A DNA stretch of 63,192 nt, filler included, from Octopus bimaculoides (GCF_001194135.2; 6 parts of 6 records of this genome joined end to end with filler, not necessarily neighbours in it), one strand, 5' to 3'. Positions 40,849 through 53,908 are shown, numbered from the whole stretch's first letter. Made by a program: numbers and translations. The notes: generated by a model from the sequence alone, not told the origin.

Positions 40849-41580
40849 TCAGACAAACAGATAGATATATATAGTAACACCATGAAAAGAATGATAAAGA
40901 GGGAGAGAGAGAGAGGTAGATAAGAAGATAGATAGAGTGAAAGACAGAGTATTGGAGAAAGGGGCAATAGGCAAAGAGAATAATATCTTTATTTAAGTAT
41001 ATTAGATAACAATATGATAGTTTCTCTTGTTGGATGTTGTTGTTGTTGTTGGATGGAATGTTGTGTGTGAGGTAGGGGAGCGAGGAATGAAGGTAGAGAG
41101 GTATGTGTGTGTGTGTGTGTGTGTGTGAAAGAAAGCGTGAGGTGTGTCTGCTTGAAAAAAATACTGAGGGGCAGAGAGAGAGAGAAGGGGTGTATGTATG
41201 AAATGGAGAGAGAGAGAGAGAGAGAGAAAAGAAGGGGAGAAGGAATGTGTGAAAGAAAGTTAGAGGGGAGGAGAGAGAGAGAGATGGGGAATATGTATGA
41301 AAGAGAGAGAGTGTAGAGAGAAGAGATGTGTGTGTGTGTGTGTATGTGTGCTTAAGGGTCAGTGAGAGTAGGGGGAAAGAGAAAGAGTGAAGGAAGTCAA
41401 AGAGAAGGAGTAACAGGACAAAAGAGAGAGAAAGAGGAGTAAGCGAGTGAAACAGAGAGAGAGTGAGAGGGTGGTGAAGAGGTGAAGAAAAAAAGAAACG
41501 GAAAAAGGAAAGAAAAATAAAGATAAGCAAGAAGAAAGAAAGAGAAAGAAAGAAAGAAAGAAAAGAAAAAGAAGTGAAAG
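40620..41580. repeat. Long purine-rich (GA/AGAT/GAAA) low-complexity tract
   Basis: About 1 kb of strongly G+A-biased + strand; source of the 302-aa L/S/F-rich minus-strand ORF. Confidence 0.9.
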
Positions 41581-43215
41581 ATAAGTTATATGTTTAACTG
41601 TAAGTTTTAATATGCCAGGCAGGGTGTCATTATGGGGTCATTCTACATGCTAGAAATAGCAACTAAATTTCCCTCAAATCACAGACTATAGTCTTCGAGA
41701 AGAAAATAAAAAAAAGAAGCATTAAAGATATAGTTCTAGGTACACTGTTTGAATGATAAATGGGAGAGTCATGTTTGGAAGGTCTTTGATGTTAGTTTCT
41801 GTTGGGTGTTTAGAGTTGACCTGAGGATAAAGAACAGACGACTCTGTGTTTTTGATTGTAAAATATTCTGGGGCGTTTTATTTTTGTTCTTGTTCTTTTT
41901 CTTCTGTTGTGAATTTCCGAGTGCAGTGATGATATCAGCATCATCAGCATCATTGTCATAATTATCATTATAGTACCTTTCATCCTCTCCACCACCTTCT
42001 CTTCCTCATCATCATCATCATCATCATCATTAACTGCCTCCCCATCATTATCCTAAACAAAGTTACCGTCACCACCACCACCATTGTCAACACCCACTAT
42101 CAATACTGCCACCATTCCCGCCACGACCACCACCACCATCACCACCATCATTTTCACCAGAGACACCCCATCGCCACCACTGCCTCCATTACCACCCCCA
42201 TCATCATCATTCCCTGCCACGAATCAGAAGAAGGAGGCTGCGTTAAGAGAAGAACAGAACAACACTAACTGTCGTAACAACAACAGCAACAACAATACGA
42301 TCAATAGTAACAATAACATCTTTATCTGAATGTGTAAAGCAACTTGCACAATCGCTTTGGTACCCCCCCTTACACACAGACATATACATCAAACACACTC
42401 TCACACACACACACACAGACTCATATAATAGACACACATACTGTCACACACAGGCACATAGACTCACATATACAGATAGACACACATACAGATACATACA
42501 CAGACAGACATGCAAACAAACAGATATACATACACATACATGCATACACTGGTACACATATACAGACGCATAGAGACACACATGCAGACACATAGACATA
42601 CAGATACACATATACATGCAGACGCATACAAACACTGGTACTTACATACTGACACACGTAACAGAAACCTACACAGACACTTGTGCAGATAGGCATAGCC
42701 CTCATACGAGACAGTCGAATACCTGCACATAAACCACACAGACATCCAGATATACACTCACACGTACAGACACANNNNNNNNNNNNNNNNNNNNNNNNNN
42801 NNNNNNNNNNNNNNNNNNNNNNNNNNNNNNNNNNNNNNNNNNNNNNNNNNNNNNNNNNNNNNNNNNNNNNNNNNNNNNNNNNNNNNNNNNNNNNNNNNNN
42901 NNNNNNNNNNNNNNNNNNNNNNNNNNNNNNNNNNNNNNNNNNNNNNNNNNNNNNNNNNNNNNNNNNNNNNNNNNNNNNNNNNNNNNNNNNNNNNNNNNNN
43001 NNNNNNNNNNNNNNNNNNNNNNNNNNNNNNNNNNNNNNNNNNNNNNNNNNNNNNNNNNNNNNNNNNNNNNNNNNNNNNNNNNNNNNNNNNNNNNNNNNNN
43101 NNNNNNNNNNNNNNNNNNNNNNNNAGGGATATCACTAAAACGAGCAACAGACAGTAATGTGTGCCACTTTTGTGGGGGGGGGGTGCTGTTGATGTTACCT
43201 CCTCTTCAAAATAGT

Positions 43216-43400
43216 TTACAATCTGTCTTTGAAATACTTCTTCAGACTTCCACTCAAGTGTTGGTCATGATGTAGCAGGACATAGAAGATTCTTTGAATA
43301 AGACTTGAGTCAGACGTATATATTACATGTTCAAGCCACCCCAGTTCAGCCTGTGTTAGGGTAAATTCAATGCTACTGGTGTTTGGTTCAACACACATAT
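43216..43400 (-). mobile_element. Degenerate RTE (BovB-like) LINE C-terminal fragment
   Basis: SIEFTLTQAELGWLEHVIYTSDSSLIQRIFY...SGSLKKYFKDRL matches SIExxLxxxQLRWxGHVxRMxDxRLPKxIFY...GGQKKRFKDxL. Confidence 0.75.
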
Positions 43401-43976
43401 CCATATGAAAATATACTCACACACAGTGACATATATATATATATATACATGGATACACATACATAAATACATGCATACTCACACATGCACTTTAAAAGTA
43501 GTTTGTACTGTTACTGAAACTGTGAAGTGACTGGAATGATAGAATGATAGAATGATAGAATATCACTCTGAGTTATAGAATGTCACTTTAAATTGTCTCA
43601 CAATGTATCATTGTGTCTTTCTATGTTTCAAGTTCAAATTCCGCCATGACCAACTTTGCCTTTTGTCATTCTAGCTTGATAAAATAAGTTTCAGTCAAGT
43701 ACTAGGAAGTTGGTTAAATCAACAACACTTCTCTCACCCNNNNNNNNNNTTGCTGCTGTCTACCTTGACAAGATAGTTAGAGTACTGGGAAAAATCTTTG
43801 CTATATTTGTTTCAGTTGTTTATCCCCCGAGTTCAAACCCCATTGAGGTCAACTTTGCCTTTCATCCTTTAAAGGTGAATAAAATAGAGTACCACTCAAG
43901 TTCTGGGGGTTGATGGTACTGGCTAAATCCTCTCCCCTCAAAATTACTGGCCTTGTGCCAAAATTAGAAACCATTT

Positions 43977-44192
43977 AAGGGGGAGAGCTGGTAAAATCGT
44001 TAGAGCATTGGACAAAATGCTTAATAGTATTTCATCCTACTTACTACATTCCGAGTTCAAATTCTGCTGAAGTCAGCTTTACCTTTCATCCTTTAGGGGG
44101 TCGATGAAATAAGTACTAATTGGGTACTGTGGTTAATGTAATTGACATTCCCTCTCCCTTGAAATTGCTGGCCTTGTGCCAAAATTTGAAAC

Positions 44193-44195
<3 letters not shown>
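43977..44195 (+). mobile_element. tRNA-derived SINE family C
   Basis: GAGCTGG..AATCGTTAG...GAGTTCAAAT.C.GC.GAGGTC.ACTTTGCCTTTCATCCTT...TTAGAAACC followed by (ATT)n. Related copies at 32512-32715, 33585-33790, 34715-35425 (3), 43610-43973 (2), 49300-49400 (+), and 52697-52843, 62700-62880, 62905-63105 (-). Confidence 0.88.
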
Positions 44196-44226
<31 letters not shown>

Positions 44227-44518
44227 TAGTTTTATTTTTATAACGTGCTTTCACTTCACAACCGAGCGCAGCTCTGTGCGCCTTGGGTATGTGCTGTGGT
44301 TTGCTGTGGTGCTCTTATGTTTACTGTATTGAAAGTGTTTTGCGTAGAATGTGTGCAGTACCCAGTAGTGCAATTTTCTGTATGTTATATATATTTGTAA
44401 GTCCTGGTGTTTTTGTTATGTATTTGTCTGAATATTTTTTTATTATACCTAAGGCACCTACTATGATAGGAATTGTTTCTGTTTTTAGATTCCACATTCG
44501 AGTTATCTCTATTTCCAG

Positions 44519-44618
44519 NNNNNNNNNNNNNNNNNNNNNNNNNNNNNNNNNNNNNNNNNNNNTTAATTAATTAANNNNNNNNNNNNNNNNNNNNNNNNNN
44601 NNNNNNNNNNNNNNNNNN
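44519..44618. other. Scaffolding placeholder (44 N + TTAATTAATTAA + 44 N)
   Basis: 12-mer at 44563-44574 with 44 N on each side. Confidence 0.95.
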
Positions 44619-44653
<35 letters not shown>

Positions 44654-44695
44654 CATATATATATGTATGCTGTTTACTGTTGGTGACGTCCTGTA

Positions 44696-44746
<51 letters not shown>

Positions 44747-44796
44747 ATATACGTACATGAATATATACACATATGTATATAGACATACATACATAT

Positions 44797-45085
44797 CGTC
44801 ACCAACAGTAAACAACATGAAAAACGAAAACAAATGGGAAACGGGACAAGTAACACAAAGAAGGGCCCTTCGTCAGTTGTCGGCTGTCTATCTACTCCTC
44901 ATTTCGAGCATTCGCCGACAATTCGATTTATGGATTTATATAGGGTCAAAGTTGGGAACAAAAACAGGACAGTGATTTTGTTTTCGAGGGGGCCTAGGGA
45001 CGCTTCATTCGTTTCACTGGTCCAGGTATATCATCTGGGCCTGTAAAATGGTCGAGTCCTCCGTGGGGTTCTTCGCAACCAAAAT
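44797..45085 (+). repeat. Interspersed repeat of uncertain class (possibly a Penelope-like terminal repeat)
   Basis: CpG-rich complex block embedded between microsatellites, with an inverted copy of its first 18 bp upstream. The class assignment is by recollection only. Confidence 0.3.
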
Positions 45086-45763
45086 TTAAATATATACCTT
45101 ATTGTATATTGAATTCTCCTGTGAACTATGGTCCCTATCTTCTATACTGGGCATATGCCATATACATTTTATATATGTGTGTGTGTGTGCGTGTGTCTGT
45201 CTGTGTGTGCGTTTGCGTGCTGTCCAGGTCATCCAGAAGATGCATGCATACATATAATATATACACACACGTGTGAGTATATACATGCAATTTTATTCAT
45301 TTATTCCGTTACTCGTTTAAGTCAGTGGATTCGATCATGCTGGGTTACATGTATATATACACATACATACATGTATATACATACATATATACATACATGT
45401 CAACAAAACTGTCCGACGAACGAGAACGTGTAACTCTGAGTAACGGTTTCTGTGATATTTCTGTTGCTTTTCAATAAAGCATATTACTCTACCTCTGGTA
45501 TTCGACTACTATTTTTCCACCTTGTTTCGCATTTATGTGCTTACCCCGGTACATACATACATACATATACATACACACGTGTGCCTACACACACGTTCAT
45601 TCATTCTCTCTCCCCCTCTCTAACACACACACATTTGTATACACAGACACGCATAAGATTTCTGGTTGAATATAATTATCGCGGAAGCAACCTGTGAATA
45701 GTTTTTGGTTTGGGATTTTACAATACACACACACACACAGACACACACACACACACAGACACA

Positions 45764-45825
<62 letters not shown>

Positions 45826-45826
45826 C

Positions 45827-45889
<63 letters not shown>

Positions 45890-46187
45890 TGACTAAGAGA
45901 GAGACACACATATGTGTAAATGTGTGTGGTGTTTGTTCTTATATATAATCTTGGTGTCAGTTTTAGATGGCCATTATTTTATAGTCATATGTTTTTGACT
46001 TGAGTATCTCCGTTCAAATCTGTACCGAACTAAACTTATTATTCTGTCCGTCTGTCTGTCTCTCTCTCTAACTCTCTCTTTCTCTTTCTCTCTCATTCTC
46101 TCCTTAAATACACACACACGTTGAACACATACAAATGAAGCGCACACCAGAACACACACAAAGACAATATTCGTACGTACGCACACG

Positions 46188-46241
<54 letters not shown>

Positions 46242-46537
46242 TCTAAATTGTACTCTATGTAACTGATACAAGTGGAATATCTCCTGGGGCACACTGCTCC
46301 CTGTCAGAAGGGGCTGCACGGATTTCTAGATAGAGGGACCCCACCTCGCTAAATACCCAACCTGGAGCCATATTGCCTGGCACTATCACTCTGAGGTATT
46401 TGACAGGCTGTTGCTTTTGTCATATTTCTTGTAAGAAACACACATATCTACATATGTGTGTGTGCCGATGGCGTATGTGACTACGTTGAAATATGTAAAG
46501 TCACCCGCCCGCACACTTACAAACGCATAAACGCAGG

Positions 46538-46624
<87 letters not shown>

Positions 46625-46788
46625 ACACAAATGTATGTATACACATATATATTCACTTGCGTTTATAGACATCTGTCATATTTTCTTATAAGCTCATTAT
46701 TTTCTGCTATTTACCATATTAACTTTCCGAGTTCCATGGTAACATCGGCCTTTCGTTTTTCTCAAGAACTTATCTATCTATCTATCTA

Positions 46789-46830
<42 letters not shown>

Positions 46831-46958
46831 CGTCTGTCTGTCTGTCTAGTATGTGTGCGAGTGTGTGTAGTTTTACACACATATATATATATGTACTTAT
46901 ATGTATCTATATCTACACATTATCCTATGCCACTCCAATTTGTGTGCGTGTGTGTGTT

Positions 46959-46998
<40 letters not shown>

Positions 46999-47004
46999 TA
47001 TATA

Positions 47005-47375
47005 TTCTTTTACTTGCTGCAGTCATTTGACTGCGGCCATGCTGGAGCACCACCTTTAGTTGAACAAATCGACTCCAGGACACCAGGACATATTCTTTGT
47101 AAGCCCAGTACTTATTCTTTCGGTTTCTTTTGCCGAACCGCTAGGCTACGGGGACATAAACACACAAGCATCGGTTGTCATGTAACGGTGGGAGTCGGGA
47201 CAAACACAAACACACACATATACATATATACGACGGGCTACATTCAGTTTCCATCTACTAAATCCACTCACAAGGCTTCGGTCGGCACGAGGCTATAGTA
47301 GAAGACACTTGCTCAAGGTGGCACGTACTGGGACTGAACCCTGAACCATGTGGTTGGGAAGCAAGCTTCTTACCT
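47005..47375 (-). mobile_element. tRNA-derived SINE family B, near full length, with internal microsatellite
   Basis: Head with A/B-box-like GTGGTAAGAAGCTTGC...GGTTCAGTCCC, body CCTTGAGCAAGTGTCTTCTACTATAGCC...GGAAACTGAA, (CA/TA)n spacer, then tail. Other copies at 37240-37395(+), 61085-61475(+), 56512-56720(+), 54386-54563(+), 54705-55002(-), 17110-17215(-). Confidence 0.9.
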
Positions 47376-47921
47376 CACGTGTACACACCAATAAATACAC
47401 ACATACACACGGAAGGGCTTTGCAGATGTGACGCCTCCAAATCACACCTCTTTGCCATACGTATACGCGCATACCACATTGATTCACAGAGTCAATATTA
47501 TTGATGGCAAGCCTCAATGTCGTTGCCCTAGCATGGCCGCAATCCAATGCCTGAAACCCACAGAATAAGAGAACGAAAGTGGTGGCAAATATACTGTTGA
47601 GGAACAGAAGAAAATCGGGCAGACATGTTTAGAAAATGACGGAAAAAGACAAGAATGTCAAGATTTATATTGATAAACGATGGAGGTCATGTGACAAGGC
47701 AGATTTTCATTAGAGTCGTCTTTATTTGTTTATCGTTGTTATGTGTTGTTTTATTATTAACTTTATGACACACAACATGCAGTGACTAACCTTTCTATTT
47801 TATCTCAGTGAAATACCCCGAGCTATACCCGACCAGTACCCAGGCAAATAATAATAATAATAATAAGCAAAATCCGGATCTTTTATTATGAATTCTTGTC
47901 TCCGAGATTTCGCTTTTTCAG

Positions 47922-47997
47922 ACGAGAATGTAGTGAAATTGTTGTTTGAGCCGTGTTGCGTTCTACTTGGTTGACTCGCCTAATGTGTTTTTGGTTG
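47922..47997 (+). other. Candidate non-coding (UTR) exon
   Basis: TTTCGCTTTTTCAG acceptor and TTG|GTAAGT donor; stops in all three frames; CpG-retaining surroundings. Confidence 0.25.
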
Positions 47998-48282
47998 GTA
48001 AGTAGAGTCATTGGAAAAACAGGAACTGGATCAGTGGAGCTACTTGTGAGGAGAAATCGATAAAAACAATATGAGGCTTTCTAAGAATTGATCGGTTTGT
48101 TTTCCCTTGAAGCGTGAGCTAAATAGCTCTCCAGCCTAATGTGTTTAACACCTTTCGTCATCTTTTCACTACATGTCAGCGGCGAAGGAAAGGTGTGTGT
48201 GCGTGTACGTGGGGGAAGCTTGGGGGGTTCTCGGTTTGCTGGGAGAGAATATTAAAGGAAAAGAATATCGCTATTAATTTGG

Positions 48283-48350
<68 letters not shown>

Positions 48351-48667
48351 TTGCAAACATACATACATATGTATAGACAGAGAGAGAGAGACACACACAC
48401 ACACATACACACACAGATTATTAGATATATGTGCGAGTGTGTGTTTGGAGATGCATTATAAGTATGAATATGTATATTTTCATACGTTTGTATGTGTGTG
48501 TGTGTAAGTGTGTGTATGAAAGAGAGAGAGAGAGAGTGGTGTGTAATTTATGAAACACGTGTACAAACACTTGGTTTGTTCTCTCTATGTGTATATATGA
48601 ATGTATACATATAAATATGTATTTATGCGTATATATGCATAAATATATATGAATTTATGTCTGTATG

Positions 48668-48708
<41 letters not shown>

Positions 48709-48995
48709 NNNNNNNNNNNNNNNNNNNNNNNNNNNNNNNNNNNNNNNNNNNNNNNNNNNNNNNNNNNNNNNNNNNNNNNNNNNNNNNNNNNNNNNNNNNN
48801 NNNNNNNNNNNNNNNNNNNNNNNNNNNNNNNNNNNNNNNNNNNNNNNNNNNNNNNNNNNNNNNNNNNNNNNNNNNNNNNNNNNNNNNNNNNNNNNNNNNN
48901 NNNNNNNNNNNNNNNNNNNNNNNNNNNNNNNNNNNNNNNNNNNNNNNNNNNNNNNNNNNNNNNNNNNNNNNNNNNNNNNNNNNNNNNNNNNNNNT

Positions 48996-49275
48996 ATGTA
49001 TATATGTATGTATATATGTATGTATGTATATATGTATGTATATATGTATGTATGTATATATGTATGTATGTATATATGTATGTATATATATATGTATGTA
49101 TGTATATATATATGTATGTATGTATATATATGTATGTATGTATGTATATATATGTATGTATGTATATATATGTATGCATATATGTATGTATATATATGTA
49201 TGTGTATATATCAGATATATATATATATGTGTGTGTGTGTAGAAATGTGTATGTATGTATAAAAGTGTGTATGTG
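48996..49275. repeat. Complex (TATG/TA)n microsatellite
   Basis: Directly visible; abuts a gap. Confidence 0.95.
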
Positions 49276-49502
49276 TGTATACGAAGACATAAACGTTTAC
49301 ATAGACCATGCTTTCAATTCTTTACATTCCGAGTTCAATCCCAAGCGAGGTCGACCTTAACTCTAATTATTTCGGGGTCGATCAATAAAGTATTCAGGAA
49401 GTATATATATAATTCAATAATAGGATAAAGTATTTTATAGTAGTTTGACTTCTGGAGTCTCTCTCAGCGTGAGGCGTTTTTGCATAGTAATGTCCTTATA
49501 TA

Positions 49503-49533
<31 letters not shown>

Positions 49534-50505
49534 AAACCTGGATGTTAATATACTTTAAATTCTAATTTTCGTTTTTGAAGATAATTTAGTCTAATTCTTC
49601 ATTTAACAACAGAAGTCGAGAGTTCAAACTTCTCTTGATAGCAGTTACCATTTTGTCTTCTCATTTTCAAAAGATGGATATACTAAATTCGTTGTCCTTC
49701 CGTGTGAGTGTGTGCATGTGTGAGCGCTGCGCCTCGATGAGGGAGAAGACGATTGCGCCCGGGCCCCGAGATTATGACATATGGCACAAAGGAATTGTAT
49801 ACTATATTATATTATATATTATTTTCTATCATAATCATGTTATTTATTTATTTAGTTATTCTAGAAAGGGACTCAACAGATTGTCACGGGCTCTTGTTTG
49901 GCTCTGCGAGCTCTGAACCGATGTATCTCTTTCTCGGATTCCCCTGTATATGTGTACACGTGTATCAGGGAGTAAAGAAATTTCATACGTAAAGTACGTG
50001 AGAGAGGTTATATATAATTTTGCATAGTGTTCTGTTACAATCAAAATAAACTATAACTTATCAATTCAATCGATCACTGCCAAATCATTGATCTGTTAGC
50101 CCATATCGATGAAGGTACAACAATGCGGAAACGTGCGGCATGTTGACAGATGGCTATATATATGTGTGTGTGTGTATGTATGTATGTATGTATATATACA
50201 TACACAAGAAAATTGAAATAATTCGATACATTTACATTTAATTGTCGAAATGTTGCGTATTGAAATATTTAGTTTTTATTTTTTATTCCACATTCGTCAC
50301 TTTATGACAGGTACATGTCCTCACCGACGTAGACGTACACACACACACACATACACACACACACTTGCACATGTGTCTATCTTTATGTCTGTATGTCAGT
50401 ATTTGTTTTGGCACTACGGTGTTTCCAGACAATATATATATGTATATATATATCATTCTCTCTCTTTCACTCTCTCTCTCTTTCACGCTCTCTCTCTCTT
50501 TCACG

Positions 50506-50599
<94 letters not shown>

Positions 50600-50699
50600 N
50601 NNNNNNNNNNNNNNNNNNNNNNNNNNNNNNNNNNNNNNNNNNNTTAATTAATTAANNNNNNNNNNNNNNNNNNNNNNNNNNNNNNNNNNNNNNNNNNNN
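50600..50699. other. Scaffolding placeholder (44 N + TTAATTAATTAA + 44 N)
   Basis: 12-mer at 50644-50655 with 44 N on each side. Confidence 0.95.
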
Positions 50700-50957
50700 A
50701 TATATATGTATTTATATTATATACATCCATACATCAATATATACACATACATATAAATACATGTAAGAGAATATGTGTATATGTATATATATATATATGT
50801 GTGTGTGTGTGTGCATCAGCATGGCCGCAGCATTGAGCTGAAACTACACAAAAAATATATATTCACACACACTCACACACACGCACACAAATACACACAC
50901 ATACATGCACACGTTCGTGCTTGAAAGACAACAGAAAAACTAAGTCAAAATATTTAG

Positions 50958-51143
50958 TTATTTATATTGTACGCCGCAAATTGGAGTTTCGCCTAAGATA
51001 TGTTCGTTAGGCATCGAAGGCTTCTCAGAAGAGAATTGTTTTAGAAACTTCCACTATATCAAATATGATAACACATCACATCGGTTTCCAAAAAAGTATA
51101 AGATAGTTGAAGAGAACGGATTGCAAGGTACCATATGCTGCAG
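50958..51143 (+). CDS. Candidate exon, unknown product
   Basis: Frame open from 50944 to a CAG|GTAACA donor (YLYCTPQIGVSPKICSLGIEGFSEENCFRNFHYIKYDNTSHRFPKKYKIVEENGLQGTICC); weak TATTTAG acceptor. Confidence 0.2.
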
Positions 51144-52696
51144 GTAACACTCCTGCTACTCATGCAAAATCTGTCTATTTATCCCTGTCCATTTATTCTT
51201 AAAATATATTTATCAACTAAACATGGAGGTCCTATAGAAGACGGTGTTATTGTTGTTTTTAGCCCTAGCAAGACATTCATATCTATGTATCTCTTTATAC
51301 ACATATCTATATATGCTTATTGAATTTAAAATTTTGAAATCATGGCTTCTTGCATATTCTGAATCTCCGTCATCTAAACCATAAGGGGAAAAAAATTTCG
51401 AAAAAGTTCAAAATTGGGGTAGGGGTACATTTTCTTTTTCTTTTTCTTTTTTTTTTTTTTGCATATTCGTAATCTCTGACATCTTAAACGTAGGAATCCC
51501 CCCAAAAAATTTAAAAAAACAGCATTTTTCAAGGAGAGGCGCGAAACTGCACAAATCCCCCCAAAATTTCTCCTCTGCTAAAATTTCCCTGATATACGTA
51601 ATATATTTCTAAAGGTGACATATTGTTTGGTGCACCTCAAGCATAACAAAACCCTGCAATCGTTTAATCTTTAATCTTTGTCACTGTGGTCAAGATAGGA
51701 TCTTGAAAGTCTGAGCAATGATTTATTCTGTTAGATACAAATGTATTGTGATAATGTGAACATACGAATAACGTTTTGTACATTCTTTTTTTCTTTTTTT
51801 CTTCTTTTATCTTTATTGAGATACCTGAATAATGAGAATAACGCCAACAAATATATAAGTATTTCCTTTATTGCTTTTATGTGATCCAGCTCAAAAGGTT
51901 GTGGCCTTACTGGAGCAACGTCGTCGATATATAAAAAAAAAACGAAGTCTTAGATTTCAGCTATTTTGATTTCAAATGATATTGTTTAGTGAGACTGTTT
52001 AGGTTGAAGACATCACTTTTTTCTTTCCTTTTACGAATGAAAAAATTTCTTTATTGTGCGGGTGTATACTTCTGCTTATATATATGTATGTATATNNNNN
52101 NNNNNNNNNNNNNNNNNNNNNNNNNNNNNNNNNNNNNNNNNNNNNNNNNNNNNNNNNNNNNNNNNNNNNNNNNNNNNNNNNNNNNNNNNNNNNNNNNNNN
52201 NNNNNNNNNNNNNNNNNNNNNNNNNNNNNNNNNNNNNNNNNNNNNNNNNNNNNNNTCCGATCTAAAAGAAGGAACATAAGGCACAAAATAAAAAAGTTTA
52301 AAAAAAACAGTGACGACGATTCATATATCATAAAATCGGTGGAGCGTTTGTGTTACCACGAAGGTTACATGACTGTCAGAGATTATGCGAGATGTTGTAT
52401 GAAATAAGGAGAGGGGAGAGGTTGTATGGGATCAGATAAAAGAGAGATAGAGAGAAAGAGAGAGAGAGATTGGAAAGAGAGGTTAGAAGGGAGGGAGAGA
52501 GACGGAGAGAGAGAGAGAGAGAGAGAGCAACTAAGATAACAATGCAAATGATAAAGAAGTGAGATGAAGAGAGAAGCTTGAGACATAGAGATAGAATTGT
52601 AAATAGGGAAACAAGGAAGCAATAGTGAAAGACGGGAGAGAGGAAGGAAGGGGGTAGAAGAAAGAAAGAGAGAAAGAAAGGAAGGAGATAAAGACT

Positions 52697-52843
52697 GGGC
52701 GATGAGTTGTGTTCCTGTGAAGAACACTTCATCTCATTATGCTTCAAGTCGACCTCGGCGGAATTTGAACTCAGAACGTAAAGACACGAAATACCGCTAA
52801 GCATTTCGCCCGGCGTGCTAACATCTCTGCCAGCTCGCAGCCT
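52697..52843 (-). mobile_element. SINE family C 5' half, relatively well preserved (CpGs intact)
   Basis: Reverse complement reads GGCTGCGAGCTGGCAGAGATGTTAGCACGCCGGGCGAAATGCTTAGCGGTATTTCG...GAGTTCAAATTCCGCCGAGGTCGAC. Confidence 0.88.
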
Positions 52844-52957
52844 TCAGTTACCAAAATATCGCAAGCCATTTGACTCAACACAGTATTTCATAACCTTTAT
52901 TTATTTATTTATTTTTATTTTTATTTTTTTGCTATTTCCAAATATGGATCATTTCAG

Positions 52958-53000
52958 ACAAATACGTCTGAAATGTCTGCTAGACATACAAACATACAAG
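52958..53000 (+). CDS. Candidate small exon, unknown product
   Basis: ATTTCAG acceptor after a long T-rich tract, AAG|GTAGGT donor; QIRLKCLLDIQTYK is in a phase compatible with the 50958-51143 candidate. Confidence 0.25.
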
Positions 53001-53865
53001 GTAGGTGTTATATATGGCAGCACATCAACGCTAACTATAGATCTGCATGTACAGCATCCACGTAACAATCAAATATGGCTGTTTTCGACATGGACTTCAA
53101 CAGGTTTTTAAATTATGCGGAGATAAATAACAAATGGCGAATTATGAAAGTAATACAGCTTTACGGTGTTTCTTTGGAGCATTTGAAGCTTTAGCGCGGA
53201 ATGTTATCCATCAACGCCGACTTTTGTGACATTTACAAATGAACATATTATAACGTTAATTATATATGCGCATGTGAGTATATATATATATATATATATA
53301 TATATANNNNNNNNNNNNNNNNNNNNNNNNNNNNNNNNNNNNNNNNNNNNNNNNNNNNNNNNNNNNNNNNNNNNNNNNNNNNNNNNNNNNNNNNNNNNNN
53401 NNNNNNNNNNNNNNNNNNNNNNNNNNNNNNNNNNNNNNNNNNNNNNNNNNNNNNNNNNNNNNNNNNNNNNNNNNNNNNNNNNNNNNNNNNNNNNNNNNNN
53501 NNNNNNNNNNNNNNNNNNNNNNNNNNNNNNNNNNNNNNNNNNNNNNNNNNNNNNNNNNNNNNNNNNNNNNNNNNNNNNNNNNNNNNNNNNNNNNNNNNNN
53601 NNNNNNNNNNNNNNNNNNNNNNNNNNNNNNNNNNNNNNNNNNNNNNNNNNNNNNNNNNNNNNNNNNNNNNNNNNNNNNNNNNNNNNNNNNNNNNNNNNNN
53701 NNNNNNNNNNNNNNNNNNNNNNNNNNNNNNNNNNNNNNNNNNNNNNNNNNNNNNNNNNNNNNNNNNNNNNNNNNNNNNNNNNNNNNNNNNNNNNNNNNNN
53801 NNNNNNNNNNNNNNNNNNNNNNNNNNNNNNNNNNNNNNNNNNNNNNNNNNNNNNNNNNNNNNNNN

Positions 53866-53908
<43 letters not shown>

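Noticed and set aside
40622-41530. 302-aa hydrophobic minus-strand ORF as a membrane protein
   Set aside because: Translation of CT-rich simple repeats.
52256-52407. Peptide-like ORF end ...KSVERLCYHEGYMTVRDYARCCMK*
   Set aside because: Begins in a gap, so no acceptor or start can be assessed; no recognisable family.
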